A DNA stretch of 64,000 bases. Origin: Patellaria atrata CBS 101060 (Eukaryota). The notes beneath the pieces are model-generated. The model was given only the letters and a program-made list of their open reading frames with translations, searched no databases and had not been told where the DNA came from. A program made the translations under genes and the position numbers. This document shows, piece by piece, positions 13,720 through 26,509 of this stretch (position 1 is its first letter; each line of letters opens with the position of its first letter). The stretch lies in contig MU006093.1 in NCBI GenBank assembly GCA_010093705.1, forward strand, positions 1,199,301 to 1,263,300, in the 5' to 3' direction.

Positions 13720-14521
13720 ATGTTCGAAATACCCGAAGCAAAGCGGTATGGCCGGTCTTACCTGAATCACACCTTTTCAGAGAATCTATACTGATATCGT
13801 CAGTGTCCGCCGCGAAGACCTCTACTCCCCGCAATCCTCCCCACGCTCTTCGCCAGATCCAGAACTCACGGAGCTCTTCCACGCGCACATCCAGCAAGAA
13901 TTCGAACCGACCACCGTAGTAATAGAGGAAGCGCAACATATCCTCGCACCCATCGGCAAGCAAAAGGATGATAATAGCCCCGAATTAGAGTTCCGTCTCT
14001 TTGCGCGAACGAAAAACGATGCGCAAGTTGCGCCTCAGAAGATACGGCTCGACTCCCCTACGGCAGAGAACGGGGAACCAGGGTTCATAAACCCGGAGCG
14101 TGATAAGAGTTACTATCTCGCGGATCCTTCGTCTAGGGAGAGTTTGGAGTATGATGCTGTAGCAGTGACGGGGAATGAGGTATCGAAGTGGGCGCGGAAA
14201 CCGTGTCCTGGCTGCGTATTGCCGTGGCGTGTAACGACCATTACGATGAAGGATGTTACTGTGCATTTGGGACAACCGGAAGGTGATGCTGGGCCGAGGA
14301 AGAGGAGACGGCTGGGTAAGAAGGGTAGGATTGTGATGCGGAAGAGACGGGATGCGAGAAATGCGGAGAGGGATCTTGCCAGTAGGTTGGCGGCGGAGGA
14401 AGAGGCTGCGGAACGGGAGAAGAGAACGAGGAGGAATAGGGAGAAGAAGGTCAAGAAGAGGGAGAGGGATAAGGCGAAGAAGAACGCAGGTACTGAAGGA
14501 GAGGCTGGGGTTGAGGTATGA
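13720..14521 (+). CDS. DUF2011-family fungal protein; intron 13746-13803
   Basis: MFEIPEAKR|VRREDL start, ELEFRLF, PGCVLPWRV, PRKRRRLGKKGRI and basic tail EREKRTRRNREKKVKKR. Confidence 0.8.
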
Positions 14522-15395
14522 AGTTATGAAGTGTACGATAGACTGAGAATCAATAATATATCGATTACTATGGCTCTAGCCTCCATGATATGGCTCGTCA
14601 TATGTTTTCATTTTCAAATTACGTGCTCTCAGTTGTAGCACAAGAAAGCCTGAGGTCAAGCTCATAAATGCAATTTTTTCTACCCAAACTCTTGTCAAAC
14701 GGCGTCCTCTCGTCTTCACATTTCTCTACCACGGTCATAGGTTTATGGTACATTGGAGATTCTCTCTTAAAAATCTACATTGTTAATTCTCAACTGATCT
14801 CTCATTACTCTACTGCGTATCCGCAACTCGGGAGCCATCAGTATGTAATGCGAGAGATTATAGGTAATTCTCTAGATGCACATTACCATGAACGGAATTA
14901 AGGGGCCTAGAGGTATCAACTCACATCTAGACCTCATAGTGGTGGGCAGCTTATGACCTGTCCTCTCCAAATGGTGCCGAAGCCTTTAGTATACGGAAAT
15001 AGACTGCTATGTGAGAGAGCAATTGCTAACCCCTAGACCCGTTCGCATGAAAGGTCAACTTCTAATATCTTCATAGAGCTAGGGTTCTGGGCTTTAGGGA
15101 TTTCCGTCTGATTGCAGCTCTTGCCCCTAATGTCAGAGGTAAATCATGCGGTGTTTGATATTGGCCATGAATAAACGAGAATAGACGAATATTAGCTGAG
15201 GTGGTGCGTGACGACGACTTATACCTTATATGACAGTTGATATCCTCGGTTTTTTCGTCTGACACGCCTTCATTCTTCATCTATAACTGCTCTGAAACTC
15301 TTTACTGCTTCATTACCTCCACCCCATCACGGGAACCCCGCTGGACTAGTCGTAGACTCTTTGAGGTATGGATATGGAATTCGAAAGCTTGTTGG

Positions 15396-16465
15396 ATGCA
15401 TACTTCAATTTCACCAAATCTTGCTCGGACGAGACCCTGAAATCCGTCCGTAAACCCGCTATCACTAATACCTTTATCATCGGTGAGATCACGCAAGCGC
15501 TCGGCCTCTCCAGCTCCTGTGTCACTCATTACCAAATCACCTAATACCAGAGAAGCACTTCGACAGCTCGAATGCACAGTTTGTACGGAAGAAAAGTTGT
15601 GTCTTGACTTCCCATTCCGCAACACGATCTCATGCCGCCACGACAGCACCCCATGTCGTTCCTGTCTCTCAGTGTGGATACCACGCGCGCTGGAAACCGA
15701 GACGTGGGACAACATCCGCTGTCCTGATACCGATTGCAATGCGGTATTCCAATATGATGATTTCAGCAAACACGCAAGCGAATCAGACTTTGAACGGTAA
15801 GTAGACGGGGTTCTTCTCTGAATGTGTTGTGTTAATGAGGAAATAGCGTATCCGATCTCTCCGTGCGCTCAGCACTCAGCGAAGTTCCTAACTTTCGCTG
15901 GTGTCAAGCTATGGGTTGCAAGTCCGGTCAGAAGCATGCTTACGGCACTAATGAGCCGATATTCACTTGCACAGTATGCGGACGTAAAGATTGTGTAGTG
16001 CACAATATGACATAGCACGCAAATGAGACGTGCGAGGAGTACGATGAGAAACTGAGAAAGGACTTTCAACGAAAGGAAGAGAAACGCAGGAAAAAGAAGC
16101 AGCTGGAAGAAGAGAATAAGGCATCTGAGAAGACGGTAAAGGAATCCAGCAAGATATGCCCGGAGCCAGGATGTGGTTATCGAATTCAGAAGAACGGGGG
16201 ATGCGATCATATGGCTTGTGAGTTTGCTCCTTCCCCACTGATTTTCTCGGTCGCGGAGTGCTTACATAGAGAATGTCCAGGCCGTCGAGGTCATGAATTT
16301 TGCTGGGATTGTTTACGTCCTTACAAGTCGATTCGACACTATGGTAACCATTGGCATCTGAAAGGTTGTAAGCACTGCACGCCTCTACTTCATTTAGCTA
16401 CCGCTCGTGCAAATCGAAATTCTGCGAATCCGGCCGAGCTTCCCCTAGCGCCAGGTGGGTGTTAG
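15396..16465 (+). pseudogene. RBR (RING1-IBR-RING2) E3 ubiquitin ligase with in-frame stops (TGA 15438-15440, TAG 16013-16015); introns 15797-15846 and 16218-16280
   Basis: RING1 CTVC...CRH..CRSC...IRCPDTDC, IBR FRWCQAMGCKSGQ...CTVCG..DCVVHNMT*H.NETCEEY, RING2 CPEPGCGYRIQKNGGCDHMACRRGHEFCWDC. Family call is strong; functional status is uncertain. Confidence 0.75.
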
Positions 16466-16952
16466 ATGAAATACATCCCCACAAGAAACGAAATTGTACT
16501 TTCATCGGCTATCCCGAGAAATAGCCGCCATTAAGGTTTTAGAAGGTGAGAGCATGGGACTGAACGGGAAATTTTTGTGGGATTTATGACAGCGACTAAC
16601 AAAATGATGGGTTCGGTTTGATGCTGAGAAATATTTGCTCCTTTGGTTTGGGTTGATTATTTGAGTCGAGAGGATCCTGATTTGGAATATGCTCTTTATG
16701 GTTTACTTTCTACTCTTCTCTACTCAAAAATATCTATTCCTCAGGCTAGGCAATGCAGACTTACTATACATTTGAAAGAAGAAATAGTCTGTTCTTATTC
16801 CTAGTTCCTAACTCAGTCTAAATCTGATAGTATACCCGTATCAACTCAGTCAAGGTTAGAGAGCAGCTATCGAGAAATACTAACCATGCGGATTGGGGAT
16901 AGACCTTCTGCCGTACCTTAGACATTAATATATCGCGTTCCCCGAGTCCATT

Positions 16953-17757
16953 TCAAATGCCTGCTATGCTCCTAAAACCTTTATTCGTGATAGTTCTTCC
17001 CTCACCCTCAATCCCAGGCCCTTTCATCGCTTCCCCATTGCCCGCAGCTAAATTTACCAAAACTTCGCCAAGCTCCTTCGTTGGGCTGTTCATATTTTTA
17101 TACACCACCCTGAAAAATGCGTGGGCAGGTGGTCCAAGGTTACCCCTCCAGCCTGTCCTCCACCTTTCTGGCATATGCTCCATGACTTCCGGTTGTGCAG
17201 TTGGATCTACGCCACCTGGACGAATGCTTATGGGGCGTAGGCAAGGGTATGAGGGGTCTTTCATCAGATTGAGGAGCTCAGCTTCTGTTTCGCCTTTGAC
17301 GCGCCCGAATAGCGTTGTGAAGATGCCAGGTTTGGTCGTAGCGCCTTCACCAGAGACGTATACGAAGTTGAAGGGTTGTGGAACGTTGAGAGAAGAAAAC
17401 GTTTTCGCGGCGTTGAGGGCTTGGGTCTTCGTAATCTCAATGTAGTCCCTAGTGTTCTGTTAGCATGGTGTGCATTGAGGGTTGACCCTCACGATTCACC
17501 TACTCCTTGTTGACATCATTCTGACTCGGTCCGGAAGCCCAGACACAGCCTTTCGCGCCTTTGAGCTGGTCGAGAACCGAGTTCTCCCACTCTTTGAAAT
17601 CTTTCTTGATGATGACCTTGACCCGGTCATCGTTCTCACCCATCGTGACCGGCTTACGGCTGATGATGGAGATTCGGGATATGGTTTTGTTCGCTAGCAT
17701 CGCCGCGAGTGCGGCACTGCCCACGAGGCCGGTTGCACCGGTTAGGATCAGATGCAT
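16953..17757 (-). CDS. NAD(P)-binding Rossmann-fold protein (nucleoside-diphosphate-sugar epimerase-like); intron 17503-17449
   Basis: MHLILTGATGLVG glycine-rich motif. Spliced frame continues DYIEITK...FVYVSGEGA...FGRVKGETE. Confidence 0.85.
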
Positions 17758-19000
17758 CCTGATATCTGGATGATAGTGTATTACTGCGATAGAAAGACGC
17801 TACAAGGAATGCTACATGGCGGGAGGGACACCAGGAGAAGGATCAGCTCAATTTATCACATTCTTTCTACCTTGCTCAACCGATGTCTAGGTAGCAAGGT
17901 CGTCGTGGCAGGAGGCCTTAACCCCGTAAGCAATCTCCGGATCCATCTTCTGAGCTGAGTGCTCCAGTCCTACAGTACTTGGAATGTTACAATCTGGAGG
18001 CCCGCTACTGAAATGCATAAGAATTTGAAGTAGTGAGATAATTGTTCATTTTCTCTACATATTGTCGGTTGCAGTTAGGAAGAATACGGTACCTTAGTCT
18101 CATAGAACTAGTTCTATTCCATTTTAGTCTGTATGCACTCGGAGCTCGAATTTTTCCGGAATCCAACCTCATCTCTATTCAGAAATACAAGTTCACTGCC
18201 ACCCGTGCCACCTTTTGCACTCATGTAAATTCGAGTGACTTTCTATTCTTTGCGTACTGCTTAACCCCCTTCTACCATTCTTATTCCTCCAACAAAATTA
18301 GAACATCTTCCATTGCATCCTCATCTGTAACTCGATTTCAATAGAAACCCTTCATAGGCAAAGTTCCTATTTGATCCCCAACATCCCATTATGATCGCTC
18401 AACCCATCGTCTTTCTTCTCTTCCACAATACTCTTCATTTTCAAGGCTGCTTGTATCGTTTTGCAAATGTAAAACGGTTCTCTAATTGCTGAAAGGGATA
18501 GAGGTTCGATAGGTAGAAGCCGGTCTCAAGATGAGCGTAAACCTTCAAATGTCAGAATGTAGAGCAGCATCATGGAGAAATTCATACCGTGTTTTTGCGC
18601 AAGTCTGTACTTTACTTAACTTCCACACTCCATAAACCCATGTCGGACTCTTCTCTCTGCTGATGACCGTTCTCCCGCGCCGAGTTAAGTAGAGTCATCA
18701 AAACCACCGAGTCGGAACTGTACTGTCTGCTTTCATCATTCCCGTAGTTTCGTATCTCTTTGCCCCTTAGAATACTGCAGTCCAACAGCTTTCCTCCCTT
18801 GAGTTTCATATGGGGACTTACCTCTGAGCAAAAACTGCAAAATAAAGGAAAAAGGGAAATGAATGGTAGTAAATAGTTGTCACTCACTCCTAGTTTGTTG
18901 TCCTTTTATTTCTTTGTCTTTCTCAGCAATCGAATCGAACAATGTACCGCTATTGTTTCTGTGGTACTACAAGAGTTTGGTTAGTTCTCCATTCCGGGGA

Positions 19001-19080
19001 CCATCCTGGTAAAGGTCCATCTTGGTAAAGTTCGATCCTGGTAACGGTACCTCCTCGTGGCGGTCTGTCCTAGCAATGAT
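19001..19080. repeat. Degenerate 16-bp tandem repeat, ~5 units
   Basis: ccatcctggtaaaggt / ccatcttggtaaagtt / cgatcctggtaacggt / acctcctcgtggcggt / ctgtcctagcaatgat. Confidence 0.65.
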
Positions 19081-19281
19081 CATTCGCCGCGTGGATATCA
19101 CACCTCCCCTAATTGTTGAGAATGGGACCCGTGGACCACATCTCACCCGCCACAGAAGAAACTGGGTTTGATAGCATCAACTTTAACCGGTATAACTCAG
19201 TTCAGCCTAGGCGTTACTGCGTTACAGTATCCAGTATGTTAAGCTGTGATATCAGCAACATTCAACATCATGGTTGTATGA

Positions 19282-19766
19282 CTGGTCTGAGAGATGTTTA
19301 CCATCTTTCTTCAGACTTTGAGTAGCTTCACTATCTCAGAGAACAACATTAGGCATCGGTACTAAATATTGCTTAAGTAAGCTTCATTTAGTGCCTGGCT
19401 TAACAGCGTTGTCACGTAATCCGACAAGTGGCAGCTGCAGACTACTCGGTGAGAGCAGTGTTCTTACTTGTTCATAGCCTACTCTTAGAAGAGCAGGGTC
19501 GGTTACGGGCACCAGGGCGAGAGAAACAGAGAACCCGGATCTGACTGATTGCGCTGGTCTGGGAGATCACCACGATCTTTTCCCAGACTCTGAGTAGCAT
19601 CACTAGCTCAGAGAACAACATTAGCCATCGGTACTAAATGCTACGGCAAAGAAGCCACATTTTTAACCTTAGCTTAACAATGTTGTCAAACGGTCCGATA
19701 AGTTGCAGTTACAGACTACTTGGCCAGAGTAGTGTTCTTACTTGTTCATAGTCTACTCCTTAGAAG
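19282..19766. repeat. Diverged direct duplication of ~210 bp (copies ~19282-19491 and ~19554-19766; period ~272)
   Basis: Shared blocks in the same order: ctggtctg(a/g)gagat, ctcagagaacaacattag, catcggtactaaat, cagactact, agtgttcttacttgttcatag, cttagaag. Confidence 0.85.
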
Positions 19767-20490
19767 GAACATGGCCGGCCGTCTGCACCAGACCAATCAG
19801 AAAAACCACTTCGATTCCAGAGCAGACCCGCAATTGGGACAACAGGGCTCTCAGTGCTAATTGATATCCGCCTAGGATCCGCTATGGACGTTGTGAACCC
19901 TAAAGAGAAGAGGAAGTCGAGAAAGGAAGCCGGTTGAGAACGTTAATCTAAAGAGAAAATTCGTCAGTGAACCTATTCAAATGTTGATGTAAGAAAGAAA
20001 TTAAAAGGAAGAGGTGAGGCAGAATATATATGTGCGTGCAGCCAGGCTAAGCTTGAGGAAGAACGTGACCAGGCGCGAAGTTTAAAATGAACGTGTATGT
20101 ACACGGGCCATTAGAAACGAGCTTGATGATGTGCTAGAAAACGGTTGATCACATGCCGAAATGTAAGTACGTCTGTCACGCGAGGTTACTGCCGTCGTTT
20201 GTCTCCCGCACATTACCGTACAAGTGTCCATTACCTCGAACTTCTTATTATTTGCTTGGAATTCTTTCTATCTGGTAGCACACTCTACGAGCAATACATG
20301 TTTTGAGTTGACACGACCGCTTTTTCGACTCGTAAATATACGCTTATCTCAATACTGTCAATCAGAGACAATCGACATCGCCACAAATGTACGCTTTATT
20401 CCTCGCTGCTGCGCATTTTACCCAGAGGGTGCGCTAACTTATGATCAACTAATCTGCACAGATAATTTTTCTCCCACAGACCAGGTGATC

Positions 20491-21330
20491 ATGTCGACCA
20501 AAGAACCGCCAGATAGCGCGTATCTGAAAGATGCTCAAAACGTTGTGAAGCGTCAATGGTGCTTGAAACTGCTTAAGAACGTCTTGCCAGGAAACCTGCG
20601 TATTGTCGACGCAGGACAGGACTTGGAAGTTAAGGGCTGGACCCGGTGCCACTAGGACTTGTTGCGCAACATCTCCGGAGAATCAAAACGAACAAAGGCA
20701 ATTGAAGCCATTAGACTCTTTGCCGCAAGGGATGCTAGAAACCGAGGCTCTTTTGACAATGGGCAAGTTACAACTGACATCCTGGAAGACGGACTCACAC
20801 ACCTTAGACGTTAGCATTCGACTAGATAGCATGTCATATAAGTACAGCTCATAACTAAAACCTCTCAGTCAAATTCCCTCAGAAACCTCAGTTCGAACGC
20901 GATTCGTCTGATGAAGAAGGTTCCATTGGTTTGACAAAATGTAAGTTTCAGCTCTGTTCATTTTCGAAAATATACTTCTCTTATGTCTATTACCCGTACC
21001 AGATACCCGTGCGCCTGCAGTCCGATATAGCTTTACGATGTGCTAACATATTATATCACTATAGTCGGACCTAAGTCCAAGCGACCTTCTACAGCTCCTA
21101 AGCCCAAGCCCCGTCAGAAGCAGAACGCCCCCAAAGACACTGCAGGGTCGAATGTCCCTGAAAGTAAGGGTGAGTTGAAACGGAAAGGGAAGTCAGCAAC
21201 GGCCAAGCGCGCCGATGAGGTAGTTGAGAGTACCCCGAGCCCGGCACAAATCGGGACCGACGTTACCGATGATGAAATTGAGCCGCCACCCGTTCAAAAG
21301 TGCGCCAAGCGTACCGCCACTTTCAAATAA
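20491..21330 (+). pseudogene. Spliced hypothetical gene with an in-frame TAG at 20653-20655; introns ~20810-20868 and ~20941-21064
   Basis: Frame stays open after the TAG (DLLRNISGESKRTKAIEAIRLF...). Two phase-1 introns join in frame to a basic, low-complexity last exon. A probable 5'-UTR intron lies upstream. Confidence 0.55.
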
Positions 21331-21638
21331 CGCGGCGCGAACAAGTCGGGTACGGAAGCAGCTGGAATTGTAGATCAGTCTGAAGCCGCCTGTCCGATCA
21401 AAATAAAGTCCAGAAGTACGAATTCATGATGGGATGTTCACTTGGGCCAAGGAGTCAGATGGATTGGAGTCAGTGATGTGGATAACAGGTTTCAAAAGAC
21501 ATATGCTTCTCGTGTTGTGGAGGTTCAAAAGCAAATAATTCGATTGAGTCGTTCAAAAAGTACCAGCTCAATAGCGGCGAATATGTAGCAATAAAGCTTC
21601 ATATCCTACATAGATCTCGTTGCATGTGTCCGAACTGA

Positions 21639-23389
21639 CTAGTCCAACCCCGCCACAAACCCTTCCCTCCCCTCCCTAACCCTCAAATCCATCACAAACT
21701 CCAAAGGCCCGCCAATGACGTTGCTAGTCCACCGATCCGGATCGACGCTCACGCCCTCCCTCTCCCTCCACTCAAACCCCTGCACCAGCGCCGCGCACGC
21801 GACCAGCATCTCCGCCTCGACGAGCGGCACACCGGGACACCGCCGCCACCCGCTGCCGAACTGATGGTGCCCGTCGAGCCGCGGGTGCTCCGTCAGCGGG
21901 GCGCGGTAGGTCGGAAACGCAGGCTCGAGCCAGCGTTCCGGCAGGAAGGACTCAGCCGAGGGATACAGCGCCGGGTTCCGCGCAAGCGCGAGCTCCATGA
22001 CGTGCGCTTCCGTCCCCTTGGGGATGAAGTAGCCGGCGTAGACGTTGTCTTCGGTCACAAGGCGGGGGACGCCGAGGGGCACGGGCGGCCGCCAGCGCAT
22101 GCTTTCCTTAATGGCTGCGCGGAGGGTGGGGAGGCGGGGCGCGTCGGCGGGGGTCGCGAGGCGGGTGCCGAGGACAAGGTTGAGTTCATGAAGGAGGCGC
22201 GTCTGCCAGGACGGGTGTAGTAGTGTCGCGAGGAGGAAGGTTGTTAGGGGTCCGCTGATGGTTTCGATGGCGACGTTGCAGAGCATGCCGATTGCGTAGG
22301 TTGCTTCGTGGTCGTCGGGGGCGAAGCCGAAGCCTTTAGGTGGCGTGTCTGCGGGGCAGTCGGGAGGCGTGGAGGGGGTTTTGGAGAGGAGGTAGGATCT
22401 TGTTGCGCATTGGGGGGTGGGATGGCCTTCTTTGAGCTGGGATTTCACTTCGTTAAATTTGGTTTTGAAGAGGGCGTGTTCGACTTCGCGCCTTTCGCGG
22501 ATCTCGCGTTTTGCTGGGACGAGGAATTCGGGGAGGTGGTTGAGGAAGGGGAGGAGGTTTGTTATGGGTCCGCCTGGGGAAATGTGGGGAATGAAGATCT
22601 CGACGTTTTTGATGAACTCTTCTGCGTCGTCGGGGGAGCCGTAGCAAAGCCGACAGGAAATACGGGCGGTGTATTCTCTGATTAGGCGATAGTAACTTTC
22701 AGGGTTTCGTGAGAGCTGGAGGATGAATCTGCGGACTTCGAACGCGATGGACCCATAGAAGTCGTTTTGATGTGCTTTGGTGAGAGACATTTGGACGAAT
22801 CTGCGTTGTCTTTTCCATGGCTCTATGTGTGGTTAGCATATGATAAATATAGAGAAGCGGGAGTAGTACCTCCTAGCTCCATCAAAGGTAACCATTGGTT
22901 ATTCGTGTTGCTATCCGGAATGCCTGGTATTGCCGGCCGAGAAGAATATATCGGGGCTCGCTTTGCCTTTCAAAAGTATTAAACGGGTTTCTGCAAGCAA
23001 AAGGCGCGAAACCGTACCAATAGGTCATGAGCAATCTTGGGATCTCCAATCCACAAATGGGTAGGTCCCATCATTGTATTTGCGAAGAAACCGTTATATT
23101 GATCACTCCATTCCTTTAACTTGATCCATGGCTTTGAAGGGTCCAAATCATGAACCCGACCAATATACGGGAGTCCTACGAAGTGTTACGAGAATTCGAA
23201 AAATGATAGTATGTATAATTACTCACCCCATGGACCTGGAAGCGGTTTTGTGCCTACTGGTACGCTATTGCTTCCCCTTGACCAAATATAAAGTATAACG
23301 ATGGTTGCTACTAGGGGTATAAAACTTAATTTACCAAGTTTACATAGGAAGAGATAAGAAACGTCTAAGGGTTGCGAGAGAAATTCCAT
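21639..23389 (-). CDS. Cytochrome P450; 4 exons
   Basis: N-terminal TM anchor, PLPGPWG|LPYIGRVHDL, AHDLL|AKRAPIYSSRP, WKRQRRF, ExxR (KESMRW), PERW and heme motif FGSGWRRCPG. Confidence 0.93.
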
Positions 23390-25249
23390 CTTTTGCCAGC
23401 AGAAGAAGGATGGCAGTACAGTATGCGGAATCAGAAGAGAACACTGAAACTCTGGAGATACCCCTGGTTAAGTAGTGCCCACTGAACATCTTCCCGTCAG
23501 ACGCTTCAGGCTATGTTTGTTCTTTACTGGGAAAGTAAGGATCAACAAGCTTCCAACTTAAGCCATATCCTGACACCGAGAAGTTCGAGAACAGCTCTAG
23601 GCTCAAGTCATCGACCCATAAGCTACTGTCTCGTGCGTAAAGCCATAAAAGATTGAGGTTTCCAGTTCGCTAAAGACCAACGGTATGGTAGCGGTCCCAT
23701 GAGAATAGAAGTACTCGTGCTCCTGTACGGGAATTGCATGAGTTACATGGGTCAAAACGGGGGGCAGCAAGGATCGAATTATCCCTTACCGAGATGTTAT
23801 TGGACATTCTCTAGGTCGGAGTTTGAAGCATGTAAGCTCTACTCCATACTGGGTACTGCTCCTCTGAAGGTGTGTGGTTTGGAAACTTGCCTTCTTTCTG
23901 CCCTATTCCGAGTGGTTTTTGACATTCGTACTGTACATCAGCTTCTACACCGGTGCTAGTTCTGTAGTAAGCTCAACATAAAGCTTGTTCACATCTCGAT
24001 TGCTAGGTCCCTACGAACAAACAATATCCTTAGCGATTTCCAGTCCTCTGGATATCGGTTTCGGTTACTTGTTCAACTTTTCGAGAACTGTGAAGTTGTA
24101 GGCTTTAGCCCCCGATTTGTAAAACTGGCAAAGTTCCTGAGCCATGCAGTTCCTACGCGTCGATCGTATAAACGAGCGCTATGCTTATCCGGGCAATGCT
24201 CTTTGAGCAATGCAACGTAGTTGCCGTAGACAAATACAGGTACTGCTATAATGCGGTAAGATCTGATATGCGATTGGGGCTTGTTTTGCTGGTATCAAAC
24301 TTGTGTGTGTAAATATATCAAAATTTTCTTAAAACGAGGGATTTTGTTTGCCATGAAGACGGTTCATGCCCCCAAAGCTGGCGTGCTGATTAAGTATAAT
24401 AGGCGTGAGGCTACAGTAAGCTCGCCTGCTGATATATCAAGATCCCTGTTTTCATAGTAGATGGCTAGAACTTCAGTAGTATGACAAGGAGAGGAGTCCT
24501 TTCAATATCCCAGAATTGTATTCGAGTCTGCCACTTATATTTCATGAGACAAGTACACCACAAATACAAGACGAGGTCAAAACTAGGTTCTTCCGCCCCA
24601 TCTAGCCGATATGTTGTGATACCATGTAAGGAGAAACATCCCCCCAATTTGGGGTAGAAGGCAACAAGCCCCCTTATTCATATTCTCCGATACATGCATG
24701 TCCATATCTAACCCAGCTCAGCATCAATAACTAGGGCGCTACCTCAAGCATTTAAACGGTCAATTGAGATGTCCCACTGTTAAATCGCACATATGGTCCG
24801 TACACTTGGTATTTCTTAACTAACATCTTCCTTAGTAAACAGTTTGCTGGGCTTGCGGGAGTAGGGACTCTTCCCAACCGATGATGGGATCATCTATATC
24901 GTCAGACTGCTTTCTCTTCCCCGACTCCCAAGATTCCGGTCAGATTGGCTGGGAGTGCGTCTTCGCTAAAGGGGAAAGGCAATTTAATAGCAAAATCTGA
25001 GTCATAGTAGGAATAGGGCGAAAATTCCAGAGAGCTTTTCTTCGATTCCGGAGAAGCGATGGACCACCAGGCGAATACAAGGGTTTGCAGGACTCTCTCC
25101 GCCAATGCTCGCATTTGTCCTCCCCTAAGATTGTAACCGCAAGATGGGTCTCCTGCTCCTCTAAGTAGGAAGATCTCCAGAGGAAAGATAAATGCAGCAA
25201 TGAAGAGAAAATCAACGGCTGTCGACTTTCCGAGCTCCTAAGATTTTCT

Positions 25250-25810
25250 CTACGAAACCCCATGACCAAAGAGCGTAATGAGCCTTTTGAGGGTAGAACC
25301 GATATCATCCGCACTGAGTGCCTGGCGTTCGTGCTTGAGCCAAATAGGAGAGAGCAGCACAGTAACCATCTCATAGATATCGGACACATGTTCGTCATCA
25401 CCAGAACCTCCTCCTATACATTCAATACTGAGTCGACATGCCCCTCTAGGCTGACCGAAGGAGATCTCCAGGATCACAGACCCAAATTTCGGGGACCGGT
25501 TATCAACGAGGATGATTCTTATCGTATTTAAGTCGTCTGAATGGCAGCCCAAAGATTCAATCCAGGTCTGAGCAGCGGGATAGAACAAGGGAAGAGAACC
25601 CAAGAAAAATTTGTTGCGGTGATAATACATGGACAGGCATTCATTGCGCATCTGAGAGCAGACCTGGCTCATGACTGGTGGGTTCACACGACGCGGCCAT
25701 GTCACTGGGACTATCTGATCCACTGGCATGGATTCTTCATAAATCTGGTTCCGGATCTCCGCAGGAAGGCGAAGTAGCGACATGGGTTTGGGACAAGCTG
25801 AAGTTTCCAT
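25250..25810 (-). CDS. Fungal protein with an N-terminal F-box-like motif
   Basis: SLLRLPAEIRNQIYE...PVMSQVCSQMRNECLSMYYHRNKF is a common filamentous-ascomycete F-box-like signature. Confidence 0.65.
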   Translation of the reverse strand: METSACPKPMSLLRLPAEIRNQIYEESMPVDQIVPVTWPRRVNPPVMSQVCSQMRNECLSMYYHRNKFFLGSLPLFYPAAQTWIESLGCHSDDLNTIRIILVDNRSPKFGSVILEISFGQPRGACRLSIECIGGGSGDDEHVSDIYEMVTVLLSPIWLKHERQALSADDIGSTLKRLITLFGHGVS

Positions 25811-26509
25811 CTTTTGACCGTATACTGTGTCAAAGAAGGTATCCTTGCGTTACAATGGCGGTAATCACAATTTCAGCGAATCAGAGAAACTTTTATTGTG
25901 AGGTAGAAGAAATGGATCTCTGCTTTACACTTCACGCAAAGCTAGTTCTATAATTTATGGTATGGGAATAGAGATAAGTGATACTCAAACAAGAAAGCGA
26001 GAATGGTACTTATGATGAAGGACTGACGTTCAGGAGAATAACAAAGAAACCGTCCGCAACTGGGACACACGTCCTTAAATTTATCGCACAGTGCGCAGCT
26101 CGCGTGGCCTGAATCTATTTCCCCGTACGAATACGAGCTTGCTATCGGAGAAGATCCGCGGTGTTGAGGATCGTTCCACTCTGTCTGGCTTCCTGGCAAC
26201 ACGGTCGGAAGCTTTTGAGCTCTCTGGCTGGCTGTTCAGGCCCAAGTAAGGCTGAAAATGCAAGCGATTTGTATGCTAGGCCTTCTAGCTGACAGCAGCA
26301 AACATCATCTGCTCCACTGGCTATCGGTTATCTTTGCCCTATTCGATTGACCAAATGGCGAGACCAGTATGGGCTTTCATCCATCTTCGATTATGGTTAA
26401 GATGCTGTTGTGCGGTTATCAGTCCGAAAAAGTATCGTTAAAAACCATAACATGAAGTCAAAGACAGCTCCCGTGTATATACAATTGGATTAACAACTAT
26501 CATTTGCTT

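Noticed and set aside
21639..23389. Secondary-metabolite gene cluster around the P450
   Set aside because: No PKS, NRPS, terpene synthase, transporter or pathway regulator nearby.
16013..25252. Genome-wide TAG reassignment
   Set aside because: TAG is the genuine stop of the P450, flavocytochrome b2-like and VTC2 genes in this same window.
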